From Octopus sinensis (Eukaryota): DNA of 64,000 nucleotides. Below, piece after piece: positions 51,410-64,000 of this stretch (the first letter of the stretch is position 1; every line of letters begins with the position of its first letter). The stretch spans positions 13,268,001-13,332,000 of the forward strand of contig NC_043005.1 of the NCBI RefSeq assembly GCF_006345805.1. The letters are read 5' to 3'. The translations under genes and the position numbers were made by a program. The notes under the pieces were generated by a model, which made no database searches, was not told the origin of the DNA, and saw nothing but the letters and a program-made list of their open reading frames with translations.

Positions 51410-51632
51410 TTATTTACCATCGGAGGGGGGGCTAAACATCGAGGAGACAAACAAGGACAAAGGGATTAAGCCGATTACATCGACCCCAGTGCGTTACTGG
51501 TATTTATTCAATAGATCCCGAAAGGATGAAAGCAAAGTCGACCTCGGCGGAATTTGAACTCAGAACGTAACGGCAGACGAAATAGTCCTAAGCATTTTCG
51601 CCCAGAGTGTTAACGATTCTGCCAGCTTGCAC
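51410..51632 (-). mobile_element. SINE family B, diverged monomer
   Basis: Body and head motifs. Confidence 0.8.
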
Positions 51633-51678
51633 ACATACACGTGCGCATGTAATATAGCTCTCTCTCTCTCTCTCTTTC

Positions 51679-52028
51679 TCTTTTTACTTGTTTCAGTCAT
51701 TTGACTGCGGCCATGCTGGAGCACCGCCTTTCAGTCGATCAAATCGACCCCAGGACTTGTTTTTTGCCAGCCTAGTACTTTATTAATCGGTTTCTTTTGC
51801 CGAACCGCTCAGGTACGGGGACGTAAACGCACCAGTATCGGTTGGGGAAAAAGCACAGACACACAAACACACACACATATACATATATACGACGGGATTC
51901 TTTCAGTTTCCGTCTACCAAATCTACTCACAAGGCTTTGGTCGGCCTCAAGAGGCCACGCAGTGGGACTGAACCCGGAACCATGTGGTTAGTAAGCAAGC
52001 TACTTATCACACAGACACTCATGCGCCT
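51679..52028 (-). mobile_element. SINE family C with an internal deletion
   Basis: Head, body and tail motifs. Confidence 0.85.
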
Positions 52029-52446
52029 ATAGCTATATATATAATTACATACATATACTTATGAATAAATATATATGGAGAGAGAAAGAGAGTGAGTGAA
52101 AGGAAGAGAGAGAGAGAGAGGGGGGGGTGAACAAGAGAAGAAATAAATAAAAGAAAGAAGATAATAAACAAGGATCATATGGCTACATGATAATGTACAA
52201 GAATACAATTCTTGATCAGAATTGATATTTATCTCAGTTTGTCATAGCAAAATTAAGGAAACCATAGAAAAATAATACTTACCTAAAGCACAATATTCCG
52301 TTACGCAACCATGTAGGAGTTTCTCTGCAGACATAAGCAATGAGTTCGTGGATGATGATGGTTAAGGACCAAAAATTCCTGAAATGAAATAAACCCCCGT
52401 CACCCTTTTTTCATCTTCGATCTCATTGTTGTTTACATCAGGCATA

Positions 52447-52830
52447 GGAGGCGGAATGGCCCAGTGATTAGGGCAGCGGACTCGCGGTCGTAGGATCGCA
52501 GTTTCGATTCCCAGACCGGGCGTTGTGAGTGTTTATTGAGCAAAAACACCTAAAAGCTTCATGAGGCTCCGGCAGGGGATGGTGGTGATCCCTGCTGTAC
52601 CCTTTCACCACAACCTTCTCTCACTCTTACTTCCTGTTTCTGTTGTACCTGTTTTCAAAGGGCCGGCCTTGTCACTCTCTGTGTCACGTTGAATCCCCCG
52701 AGAACTACGTTAAGGGTACACGTGTCTGTGGAGTGCTCAGCCACTTACACGTTAATTCACGAGCAGGCTGTTCCGTTGATCAATCAACCGGAACCCTCGT
52801 CGTCGTAACCGACGGAGTGCTTCCATCCAT
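52447..52830 (+). mobile_element. SINE family A inserted at the 5' tip of a SINE C
   Basis: TSD tacatcaggc(a/g)ta at 52434-52446 and 52832-52844. Confidence 0.88.
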
Positions 52831-52838
52831 CTACATCA

Positions 52839-53325
52839 GGCGTAAGAGTGGGTGTATGGTAAGTAGCTTGCTTACGAACCACATGGTTCCGGGTTCAGTC
52901 CTACTGCGTGGCACCTTGGGCAAGTGGCTTCTACTATAACCTCGGGCTGACCAAAGCCTTGTGAGTGGATTTGGTAGACAGAAACTGAAAAAAGCCCGTC
53001 GTATACGTGTGTGCGTGTATATATATATATATAATTATATACATTTGTGTGTGTGTGTGTGTGCATGTGTGTGTGTGTGTGCCTGTGTGCCTGTGTGTGT
53101 GTGTGTGTTTGTGTGTATCTGTGCGTTTGTCCCCAAATATCGCTTGACAACCGATGCTGGTGTGTTTACGTCCCGTAACTTAGCGGTTCGGCAAAAGAGA
53201 TCCGATAGATTAAGTACTAGGCCTACAAAGAATAAGCCCTGGGGTCTATTTGTTCGACTAAAGGGCGGTGCCCCAGCATGGCCACAGTCAAATGGCTGAA
53301 ACAAGTAAAAGAGTAAAAGAGTAAA
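52839..53325 (+). mobile_element. SINE family C, full length
   Basis: Head, body, microsatellite and tail. Confidence 0.9.
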
Positions 53326-53924
53326 ATAGGCGTCTCGGATACGAAACGTTGTAACAAAATCAATGCTGACTAAAATTTCAATAGAAAATCCGAAGAAATA
53401 ACCGCAACAAGTGATTTGATAGCACTGCTAACACAGTAGAACACCGTATTGGCTTATAAAACACTACAATATACGTTAAACAATGACAACAGTCAGTCCC
53501 AAATCCTGTATAGACCACAATCTATGATGATATATTCATTAGGAATGAAATATACGGGAGGTTTTAATATAATCAGAGAACTGGCTTAATGTTCTTCAAA
53601 ATGTCGTTTATATGTAAACGAATTCATGATAAATGCCAATACAAATAAACTCAACGAAGAGAAACAAATGTGAATTAATAAAGAGTGTTCCAAAATGACA
53701 TGATTGTGTCAATATGTACAGATTATCACCTCCATGTCTTCTGGATCTATTCTATATACATATAAAAAATATATATATGAGAAGTACAGAGAGAGAAGTG
53801 CAGAAAAAGTAACAAATGAAAATAAGACGTGACGTAACAAATCTGAACAAAATCGAATTGGACCAGCAACACGAGACATCTCATTTATTCATCTGTCAGA
53901 GGAATAAATGAATTCTCAGATTTT

Positions 53925-53956
<32 letters not shown>

Positions 53957-54177
53957 TATATATACAGACAGACACATACGTACCTAAACGTGTATATATC
54001 TATATATATATATATATTATATATATATAGGTGTGTGTGTGTATATATATAATATAATTTACATATGCAGCGTATATATATATATATATATGTATATATA
54101 TGTACATTCCTACAAATGCATACTTACAAAATATGGACACACATTCATATATAGCATCATCTAACTGTATATATCTA

Positions 54178-54208
<31 letters not shown>

Positions 54209-54831
54209 TATCTATATATATATATATATATCTATAATATATATATATAATGTATACATCATACATATGGATGGATGTATACACAGATATGTAAATTACA
54301 TACGTATGCACACACACCACACACCCACACACACACACATATATATATATAGATATATATATAGTATATATATGTATTGTATATATATATATTTGTGTGT
54401 ATGTTTATACATATACTATATGTATACAAATAAATGGATACATCACTGACAAAAGAATAACTTGGAAATTGAACACGACAGCATACAGCTTGAAGAGCAG
54501 GTTAACCTTCCAAGATTAGAAACTGTCCTTACTGCGTTAAAAAATATCCGAGAATACGATTCAATTAAACTACATATAACGCAATGAGTAAACCGGCAGC
54601 CATTTTATGAAATTTATTATCTTCTAAGATTAATGAAATAAATATTAGAAACTGAATAGAAGAAGGAAGGCAGAAAACGTGAAACCGGGAAAGAGCAAAC
54701 ACAATTTATTGGGGTTAAGTTTAATATGGCCACGATATTCGATACAAGTCCAAACAGATCTCTGTCGAGTCATCGTAGATATTAAAAAAACACAAACTCA
54801 GCGCCTTATTCACAAATATTTTTATTATCAT

Positions 54832-54864
54832 TGAATAATAATAGTAGTAGTAGTAGTAGTAGTA

Positions 54865-54916
<52 letters not shown>
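54832..54916. repeat. (TAG/TAA)n microsatellite
   Basis: Read directly from the sequence. Confidence 0.9.
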
Positions 54917-56122
54917 GTATGAAGTTCTTTGAGAAGCATCGACGACCTGGCCATTAATACATTACTTCAATGTATGAATGATGTTCCATATATATATATA
55001 TAATATATCACCATCAAGGAACGGGCCATAATAGGCCTTCACCCACTAGAAATACAGCCAAAAGCTTCAACCGCAAAATAACATTATTCCGTAACCATGG
55101 AGAAAATTAAAAAACATTTACCCTGAAATTCCTTATACGATGCAGCGATGACTATTTAATTTTTTCCCACTAGGCCGCTGGGGCAAAAGAATTCTAAACA
55201 ATTTTTTTTGCCTCCCTATATTGATAATTAATATATATATATATATATACACCACAACATATATATATATATATATTATATATATATATAGATTATATAT
55301 ATATATATATATATATACATACATATATATATGTATACGCATATTTACAAGTCCATAAATATATCCATATGTGTTTATATAATACATATATAGATGTATG
55401 TATATATATATATATATATATAATATTATATATAATATGTATATATATATATATATATTATTTATGTATGTATATATGTCATATATATGTTAATACTCAC
55501 ACATAATACATAGATATTCCGTTAATACCCATAAATTACATATTTACTAATACGAGCATTTTTCAAGAGCAACAAATTTTCGTTCGTTTTTAATGTTCCA
55601 TATCAGAGTTTACCTTTAACATTTCAGAGAGTAACAAAAACGCAAATATCAATATTAAGGCTTAATTTCTCTCCTTCTCATAACATCAATCTTGGAAGAT
55701 TTGATTCCAACCAAAGCATTTTAAGAGTAACAAATGTGTTAGGAAACGGTGAAAAAAAAAAAAAAAAAAAATAGATGCTGACGATCACTAAACCAAAATT
55801 AAAAATGGCAAAACAGAAAATATAGGGAAGAGAGAAATCGGGAAAGAAGTACAAGATTCAAAGATGCGTAAGAAATTTCACGAAAGTTTGAGAGGGGAAA
55901 CGGGGGTGGGGTTTGGGGATTTAGGAATGGAAGCGAGGGATGGAAATGGTTAAGTTGCATCCACAAATAACTGTTTTTGTTACGTTTGTTTGCTTGTAAC
56001 AAATATGTATTGATCTTTTAAATTTCGATAGATGCTTATCGAATCGAATCCCTTTTAAGCATATGAACATATAAAAAATATATGCATATATGTATATGTA
56101 CATATATATATATGCATATATG

Positions 56123-56197
<75 letters not shown>

Positions 56198-56204
56198 GTG
56201 TATG

Positions 56205-56235
<31 letters not shown>

Positions 56236-56282
56236 GCATATATATATTTGTAAGTGTTGTGTGTATATATATATCCATACAC

Positions 56283-56326
<44 letters not shown>

Positions 56327-56591
56327 TGTATAAATGTATATATACGTGTGTGTGTGTATTCCTTTGAGTTTAATTTAAGTTCTTGAGAGAGTTGAAGCCG
56401 GTTGCTAACAAACCAACAAGATGCTTTGAGTTAAAATAGAGTTCCCCCCATGTTTGCAAATATGCGATTGAGTTGGTGTGTGTTGGTGTATGCATGTACA
56501 TATGTATGCTTATATATGCGTATGTACATATACACACTCGTGCATACATACATAATACATACATACATACATACATACATACATACATACA

Positions 56592-56623
<32 letters not shown>

Positions 56624-57040
56624 AATATATATATATATATACATATGTATTTATCCTTATTTAAAATGCACGAATAAACTCAAGATGTATTTGATATTTG
56701 AACATGTTTTAAGATGTTTTAAGATGGAGACGGGGACAATTTATAGTCAGAAAATACACTTATTTAATATTTTTAGATTATATACTTACCGGTACCTTGT
56801 CCGACTTTATGTCAAGGAATTGCAGGAAAGTTTCAACAAGAGGTTACTTAACAACTAACCGACGCTAAGTTAGTGATCTACAGCGAATATTTAGCCCCAT
56901 ACAATGTAATATAAGCACAAGAATGCTTATAAACCGCTTAAGGCAAACGTAGATGTAATCTGTACGAATAGATTAATGGATATGTGTGTGTGTGTGTGTG
57001 TGTGTATCTCTGTGTGTGTAGCCACATACATATATACAAC

Positions 57041-57078
<38 letters not shown>

Positions 57079-57203
57079 CTCCATAGCATATATTTACGAG
57101 TACTACAAATACGTATCTAGCAGCGGTTTCTACATCAATGTATATATATATATGTATATGTATATATATATTATATATATATATATATAATATATATATA
57201 TAT

Positions 57204-57235
<32 letters not shown>

Positions 57236-57803
57236 ACACTCGTACATATATATACAGTAAAGTAGAATTCTCACCTTGAGCTTGAAACGGGATCATATAT
57301 ATATATATATATATATACATATTATAAATGCATGTACATTTCTGTTTGTATGTATATATATATATACGTACATCAATATACATTGTTTTTATATTTGTGT
57401 AAAAGTGTGCGTGTTATTATGTATATATGTGTGTGTGGTGTGTGTGGTGTGTGCGTGTGTGTGTGTTTCTGTACGTGTATGTGGGCGCATGTGTGTCGGC
57501 TAATGTCGGATTTAACTCTGTTATGTCGCGACAGGTAAAACAAATCACACCTTTTTTTTTATTTGTGAGATTTTTTTGTAGTATATATGGTTCCATTGTT
57601 TTTTCTTTCCGTGTTTTACGTTGTTTTGTTTTTATTACCCCTCTATATAGATGGGGTCCCCCACCATTCGCCAGCATTATTATAAACACCGCCATAATAG
57701 GCCTCCTTCAACCATGTAGGATCATACATAAGTTTTCTACGAAAATCAGCATGTATATATATAACATATACATACATAATACAATATATATCTATCTATC
57801 TTC

Positions 57804-57834
<31 letters not shown>

Positions 57835-58257
57835 ATATTATATATATATATATAAGCATATATTATATATATATATATATATATGCATATGCCATATATA
57901 TATATATATATATATGCATATGCATATATATATATATATACATATATATACTTATATATATATATAACATATATATATATATATACATATATATATATTC
58001 ATATATATACATATATATACACACACATATATATATAATAAGTATATACAAATAAGTATATATAAGTATATATATATATGAGTTATATATATTTATACAA
58101 AAACACACACACACACACATATATATATATAAGTATATACAAATAAGTATAAATACATGAGTATAATATATATATATATATATCTATATGTAGGTCCCGG
58201 GTTGATCCGGGGTTAACCACAGTAAGTAAGGTACTCAATACATAATACTCAATACAT

Positions 58258-58311
58258 GAGCTTCCTGAAGATTTCTCTTGAATGGAAACAGTACTAGTCC
58301 TGTAGAAGCTC
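58258..58311 (+). ncRNA. Type I hammerhead ribozyme motif in a (TA)n field
   Basis: GAGCUUC-CUGAAGA-UUUCUCUUGAAUG-GAA-ACAG-UACUAGUC-CUGU-A-GAAGCUC. Stems I and III perfect, stem II imperfect. Confidence 0.65.
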
Positions 58312-58325
58312 CTTCTATATAATAA

Positions 58326-58366
<41 letters not shown>

Positions 58367-59105
58367 CACAAAAACACAAACATATATATACACACATAAA
58401 TATATGCATATATACTTATCTATCTATCTCTCTATCTACACACACACACACACACACACATACACACATACACACACAGATAGTCATACACCGGAGACAA
58501 AGACATTAGTTACTTAGCCGGGGTGCACATAACAAGTGAGAAAATTATTCAGAGCAAACAGTACTTTTACAAAAGGTAACAAATACGACATTTGCTGTTC
58601 CTTGTGATTTATTACGCTTTTGCCAGTATATTTTTATCTTGTTTGTATTCGTTTTCCATTGTATTGTTGTTGCAGTATTATTTGTCCTTATCTCTATGTT
58701 GTTTGATTTGTTTTATATGCTGTAAAGAGAGAAGTGATGAGGCTAGGAAGGAAAACTCTAGTTGCATTGACCATGATGAATATAAAAACGAAATGTCTCC
58801 TTTAGTACTTCAAACACAGGAGACGAATGTCTTTGTGTAGTTTTATTTATTTTTTTTTCTTCCTAAGACACCTTCGTAATGGCATTTTGTGACTCTTATT
58901 TTTAATGTCTGTGTGTGCTTGTGCGTGTATGCGCGCGTATGGAAGTATACGCATAAGCAATAAGCATACCTATGTGTAGGTATGGACATACATACACACA
59001 TACATATATACACATATATATATATATATATATTTACACATGTGTATGTATACACACACACACACATAATATTTATATGCATGTATATATATATGTATGT
59101 ATATA

Positions 59106-59161
<56 letters not shown>

Positions 59162-59314
59162 AGTCTGTGTGTGTGTGTCTCTGTGTGTGTGTGTGTGTCT
59201 GTGTGTATTACGAGCTCTTTTTGTCCAAGTTTTAGATTTTCAGAAGAGATGACGATTGTTATGTACACAATAGCACTGGTAGCAGTAAAAGAAAAGGTGA
59301 TCGATGGAGAGATT

Positions 59315-59349
<35 letters not shown>

Positions 59350-59609
59350 GGGGAGAGAGAGAGAGAAAGAAAGAAAGAAAGAGAGTGTGAGAGAGAAGTA
59401 TTACATTCTAACATTACAATACAGATGTGTACAACTAACTCTTAATCAAAATTAATGTCCATCGTTTTTGTAGCCGACTTGCAAGAATCTTGATGTGAAA
59501 TCGTGTGTTGAAACAAACTTTGCTGTATCTCGGGAGAGTTAATCTCTTCACAGTAATAAATCATCGCAGCACCACAGGAATTCTTATCTAACGCACCATC
59601 GTCACCATC

Positions 59610-59845
59610 AACCTTCATCATCATAGCCATCGCGTAATCATCATGATCATGATCATGATGATGATGATGATGATCATCATCATCTTCATCATCGTCGATA
59701 CCATCATTGTCACCATCAATCATTATCATCATAGCCATCGTGTAATCATCATGATCATCATCCTCATCATCATCATCTCCAACACCACCACCATCACCAC
59801 TACTACTACCACTACCACCACCACCACCACCACCACCACCACCAT

Positions 59846-59887
<42 letters not shown>

Positions 59888-59930
59888 TCATCATCATCGC
59901 CACCATCATTGTCACCATCAACTACTCTAG
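59610..59930. repeat. Compound trinucleotide tract (CAT/GAT/CAC)n
   Basis: Read directly from the sequence. Confidence 0.9.
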
Positions 59931-60165
59931 GAATCAAGCTTGCAACCTCAATGATAGTGATTCGAACACCCTTAGCCACGAAGCTACGGTATCTTCACTC
60001 ACTATCTACTCCAAAACTACGTTGCTTGACACCATGCGCGTCCTACGCAAGACACCTTCCTATAAACAGAACAACCGAAACAGTAGGAGCTCTGCCCATA
60101 ACACATACCCAAATATTATATTAACACGACCTAAGCAACACATGCTCTACACAATCTCCACCTAA

Positions 60166-60559
60166 TCTTTATATATAAAAGAGAGGTTGTGTGCTGTCTG
60201 TCTCCTACGATTTAGATTCCTAACTACTCCCACATTTTGCGGTGCAGTTTAACCAAAACCGGGTATCTTATAGTCGTGATTCATATCGAGCCCTTCTGGG
60301 TATTAGCGCGCGTCTAAGATGAGTTACGATTTAAAAAAAAATTTACCATCAATTTTTCCCATTTTTAATGCATTTTTGGCATATATAAGGGAAATAACTC
60401 TCTAAAAATTTATTAAATCTCAGAACGGTAAAAAGCTACAGTAACCCCCCCTCCTTAGTGGTTAGCCATATTGAGATGGCTATTATACTTTACATCTCTA
60501 AAAATTCTTATATAGTTATTTCCCTTACAAACCCGAGCAACGCCGGGCGATACTGCTAG
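60166..60559 (+). mobile_element. Non-autonomous Helitron (family E, alternative interior)
   Basis: A|TC ... CTAG|T; same interior as 18110-18505. Confidence 0.9.
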
Positions 60560-60818
60560 TATACAATAACAGCTTACTTAGCACATACTGTATACAGTCT
60601 TCAGCCTATCTAATAATACAACTCGCGCAGTACATATCCTACGCAGTCACCTTCCTATAAACTAACGCAACACATGCACTTAGAAAATCGGTACCGCATG
60701 TAAGCTTACATACATGTTTGCTATTCAGATTTGTTCCACGCACAATGATAACCATTTGCAAGTCAGAGATGTTCGGATGCATGGAGCCGGATTCATCATC
60801 TTCAAAGAATGTTTGACA

Positions 60819-61092
60819 GGCGCAGGAGTGGCTGTGTGGTAAGTAGCTTGCTAACCAACCACATGGTTCCGGGTTCAGTCCCACTGCGTGGCATCTTGGG
60901 CAAATGTCTTCTGCTATAGTCCCGGGCCGACCAATGCCTTGTGAGTGGATTTGGTAGACGGAAACTGAAAGAAGCCTGTCGTATATATGTATATATATAT
61001 ATTATTATATAATATGTATATATATATATATATAGATATTATATATATATATATATATATATATGTATTATATATATATATATTGTATATAG

Positions 61093-61127
<35 letters not shown>

Positions 61128-61374
61128 ATATATGTGTGGTGTGTGTGTGTGTGTGTGTATGTGTGTGTGTTTGTCCCCCTAGCATTGCTTGACAACCGAT
61201 GCTGGTGTGTTTACGTCCCCGTCGCTTAGCGGTTCGGCAAAAGAGACCGATAGAATAAGTACTGGGCTTACAAAGAATACGTCCCGGGGTCGATTTGCTC
61301 GACTAAAGGCGGTGCTCCAACATGGCCGCAGTCAAATGACTGAAACAAATAAAAGAGAAAAGAGTAAAAGAGTA
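60819..61374 (+). mobile_element. SINE family C with an expanded internal microsatellite
   Basis: Head, body, about 170-bp (TA)/(TG) tract, tail. Confidence 0.9.
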
Positions 61375-61729
61375 ATGCAAGATGTCGGTTGGAGGTCTGT
61401 AAGAATCAGTGATTAATAAATTAATAATATGCAAATGCGTTTTTTTTAGTAATTTCTATGTTTTATTTCTATATTTGTAATGTTATACCTATTGCTTTTA
61501 GAAATTTTGGCACCTATAAGTAGTAAGGAGTTACTATAGGAGAAAAAAATGGTCTCTTAATAAGGAACTGTGAGAGAATTAGGTGCAAAGTTTTGTTTAA
61601 GATGAAAATATTTTTATATTCTTTGTGGGATCTTATTGCTTTAGCAGTATCAAATCTTTTAAAGAAAATTTAGTGATTTGTATAATCTTTTACAAAATTT
61701 AATGAAGAGAAAAACAAGATTAATAAAGA

Positions 61730-62128
61730 CTAGCAGTATCGCCCGGCGTTGCTCGGGTTTGTAAGGGAGATAACTATATGAACATTTTTAGAGAGTTATA
61801 GCCAAAAAGTAGCCAAAAAATGCATTAAAAATGGAAAAAAAATTATGGTAAATTTTTTTTTAAATCGTTGACTCATCGTAGACATTTTTAGAGAGTTACT
61901 TCCCTTATATAATAGCGAAAAAAATGCATTAAAATGGAAAAAAATGATGGTAAATTTTTTTTAAAATCGTAGACTCATCGTAGACGCGCACTAATACCCA
62001 GAAGGGCTCGATATGAATCACGACTATAAGATACCCGGTTTTGGTTAAACTGCACCGCAAAATGTGGGAGTAGTTAGGAATCTAAATCGTAGGAGACAGA
62101 CACACAACTTCACTTTTATATATAAAGA
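61730..62128 (-). mobile_element. Non-autonomous Helitron (family E)
   Basis: TC and CTAG termini, hairpin, A|T site. Confidence 0.9.
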
Positions 62129-62437
62129 TATATAAAAATTCAAATGTCGGAGTTCTTTGAGAGTGTAAAGTTTAGGAAATGTTGTTCAGGAGCCTCCTTA
62201 TGTCTTAAGAGAACATAGATCTCTACCTAGAAGGTTTACATTAAGTTTCAGAGCCCTTTCGTAAGGAAGACAGACAGTTGCCGATGCGTGCAGGCCTTCT
62301 CTTTCCCCGGCACTGATACAATCCGAGATAAAAAAAAAAAAAGGAGGAAGAATTGCTACAACTTGGCACTAATGTAATCGCATCCTTTGCCATCAGAATA
62401 ACAGCATTACATTCGTTTGATGATCTAAACAATAACG

Positions 62438-62514
62438 CCAATCCGCAAATTCGCCAATCCGCAAATCCGCCAATCCGAAAATCCGCCAATCCGCCAATCC
62501 GCAAATCCGCCAAT
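62438..62514. repeat. 8-bp-unit minisatellite (ccgccaat/ccgcaaat)n
   Basis: Read directly from the sequence, about 9 units. Confidence 0.85.
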
Positions 62515-62798
62515 CTAGACACGTACTTTACCGAAAAAAATGAAACAAAGTTGATTTGAGTAGAAATTGAACTGAGAATGATGAGAGCAGGAGTGATTAT
62601 TGCAAACCTTTCTATCTGTTTCTCTAACGACACTGCCAAACTTCTACAAAACTAAAAAGCTGACTTTCCACTGACCCCATTGCTAAACAGGAAGAGGAAG
62701 TGAAAGCCCGGTTACAATCTCAATACCAGGCGCATACTTCGGTCTACGCTTGATCTAATAGTGTAGATCAATTACGGAGACGACCAGTGCAAACACAT

Positions 62799-63584
62799 AC
62801 CTATTTCTTTATTGCCCACAAGGGGCTAAACATAGAGGGGACAAACAAGGACAGACATAGGTATTAAGTCGATTACATCGACCCCAGTGCGAAACTGGTT
62901 CTTTATTTATCGACCCCGAAGGACGAAAGGCAAAGTGGACCTCGGAGGAATTGAACTCAGAACGTAACGACAGACGAAATACCTATTTCTTTATTACCCA
63001 CAAGGGGCTAAACATAGAGGGGACAAACAAGGACAGACATAGGTATTAAGTCGATTACATCGACCCCAGTGCGAAACTGGTACTTTATTTATCGACCCCG
63101 AAAGGACGAAAGGCAAAGTGGACCTCGGAGGAATTTGAACTCAGAACGTAACGACAGACGAAATACCTATTTCTTTATTACCCACAAGGGGCTAAACATA
63201 GAGGGGACAAACAAGGACAGACATAGGTATTAAGTCGATTACATCGACCCCAGTGCGAAACTGGTACTTTATTTATCGACCCCGAAAGGACGAAAGGCAA
63301 AGTGGACCTCGGAGGAATTTGAACTCAGAACGTAACGACAGACGAAATACCTATTTCTTTATTACCCACAAGGGGCTAAACATAGAGGGGACAAACAAGG
63401 ACAGACATAGGTATTAAGTCGATTACATCGACCCCAGTGCGAAACTGGTACTTTATTTATCGACCCCGAAAGGACGAAAGGCAAAGTGGACCTCGGAGGA
63501 ATTTGAACTCAGAACGTAACGACAGACGAAATACCGCTAAGCATTTCGGCCGCCCTGCTAACGTTTCTGCCAGCTTGCCGCCTT
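62799..63584 (-). mobile_element. SINE family B, head plus four tandem 184-bp bodies
   Basis: Unit starts (atacctatttc) at 62797, 62979, 63163 and 63347. Confidence 0.92.
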
Positions 63585-64000
63585 AATACATACCTAACAC
63601 ATACCTAACAAACAACCATCGTGTAAACACCGTAGGTGGACACAAAACTCAGTAGGACAGGACGAACAAGGAAATATGCCGCTGTGTCCAAGTGAGAAAA
63701 ATTAAGGAGCTAATTCCGTTGTTGTGTTATTTGCTCCTCCTCCGCCTACCTCAGTGAGTATGGATGATGTCGAAATATATTGTTTGCAACAACTAATAAC
63801 GTCTTTCTTCATGAACAAAACACAAGTCATTATTAAATCAGAGGAAATATAACGAACCCACTTAGAACAAGACCGACACTGAAACATCACTATCATCGAT
63901 ACAAACGAAAATAAAAACAGCTCAGCATTTATGAGAAATTACATAAACAATCTGCCAAGTACAAACAGTTACAGAGGTGTCTCATTAAAAGGATAACCAT

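Noticed and set aside
59442-59921. 159-aa Asp/Gly/His-rich ORF
   Set aside because: It is mostly a trinucleotide tract, and the short unique C-terminus is unrecognisable.
62700-62740. Twister-like string aagcccggttacaatc
   Set aside because: The other conserved twister elements and pairings are absent.
62797-63584. CRISPR-like array
   Set aside because: The units are near-identical 184-bp SINE bodies with no unique spacers, in a eukaryotic context without cas genes.

Overview
This is AT-rich eukaryotic DNA saturated with microsatellites and transposable elements. The repeat complement most resembles an Octopus (cephalopod) genome; that is my recollection and was not searched. I found no convincing host protein-coding exon, so the window is probably intergenic or part of a very large intron, and nearly all ORFs in the track are translations of microsatellites or SINEs. 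It contains: at least five tRNA-headed SINE families (labelled A, A2, B, C, D here) built from shuffled modules; six non-autonomous Helitrons; a near-full-length decayed mariner plus other Tc1/mariner pieces; a Merlin-like MITE with 8-bp TSDs that carries telomeric repeats; decayed LINE RT fragments of three clades; and one 100-N gap. The most notable signal is a set of hammerhead ribozyme (HHR) motifs of at least four different designs. One is the tail of a tRNA-headed SINE-like element (family K) and two are type I HHRs lying in (TA)n tracts. Other highlights are SINE B tandem arrays with an invariant junction, a perfect 76-bp-arm palindrome, and multi-level nesting inside the internal microsatellite of SINE C. 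Structures were folded by eye and family names are provisional.
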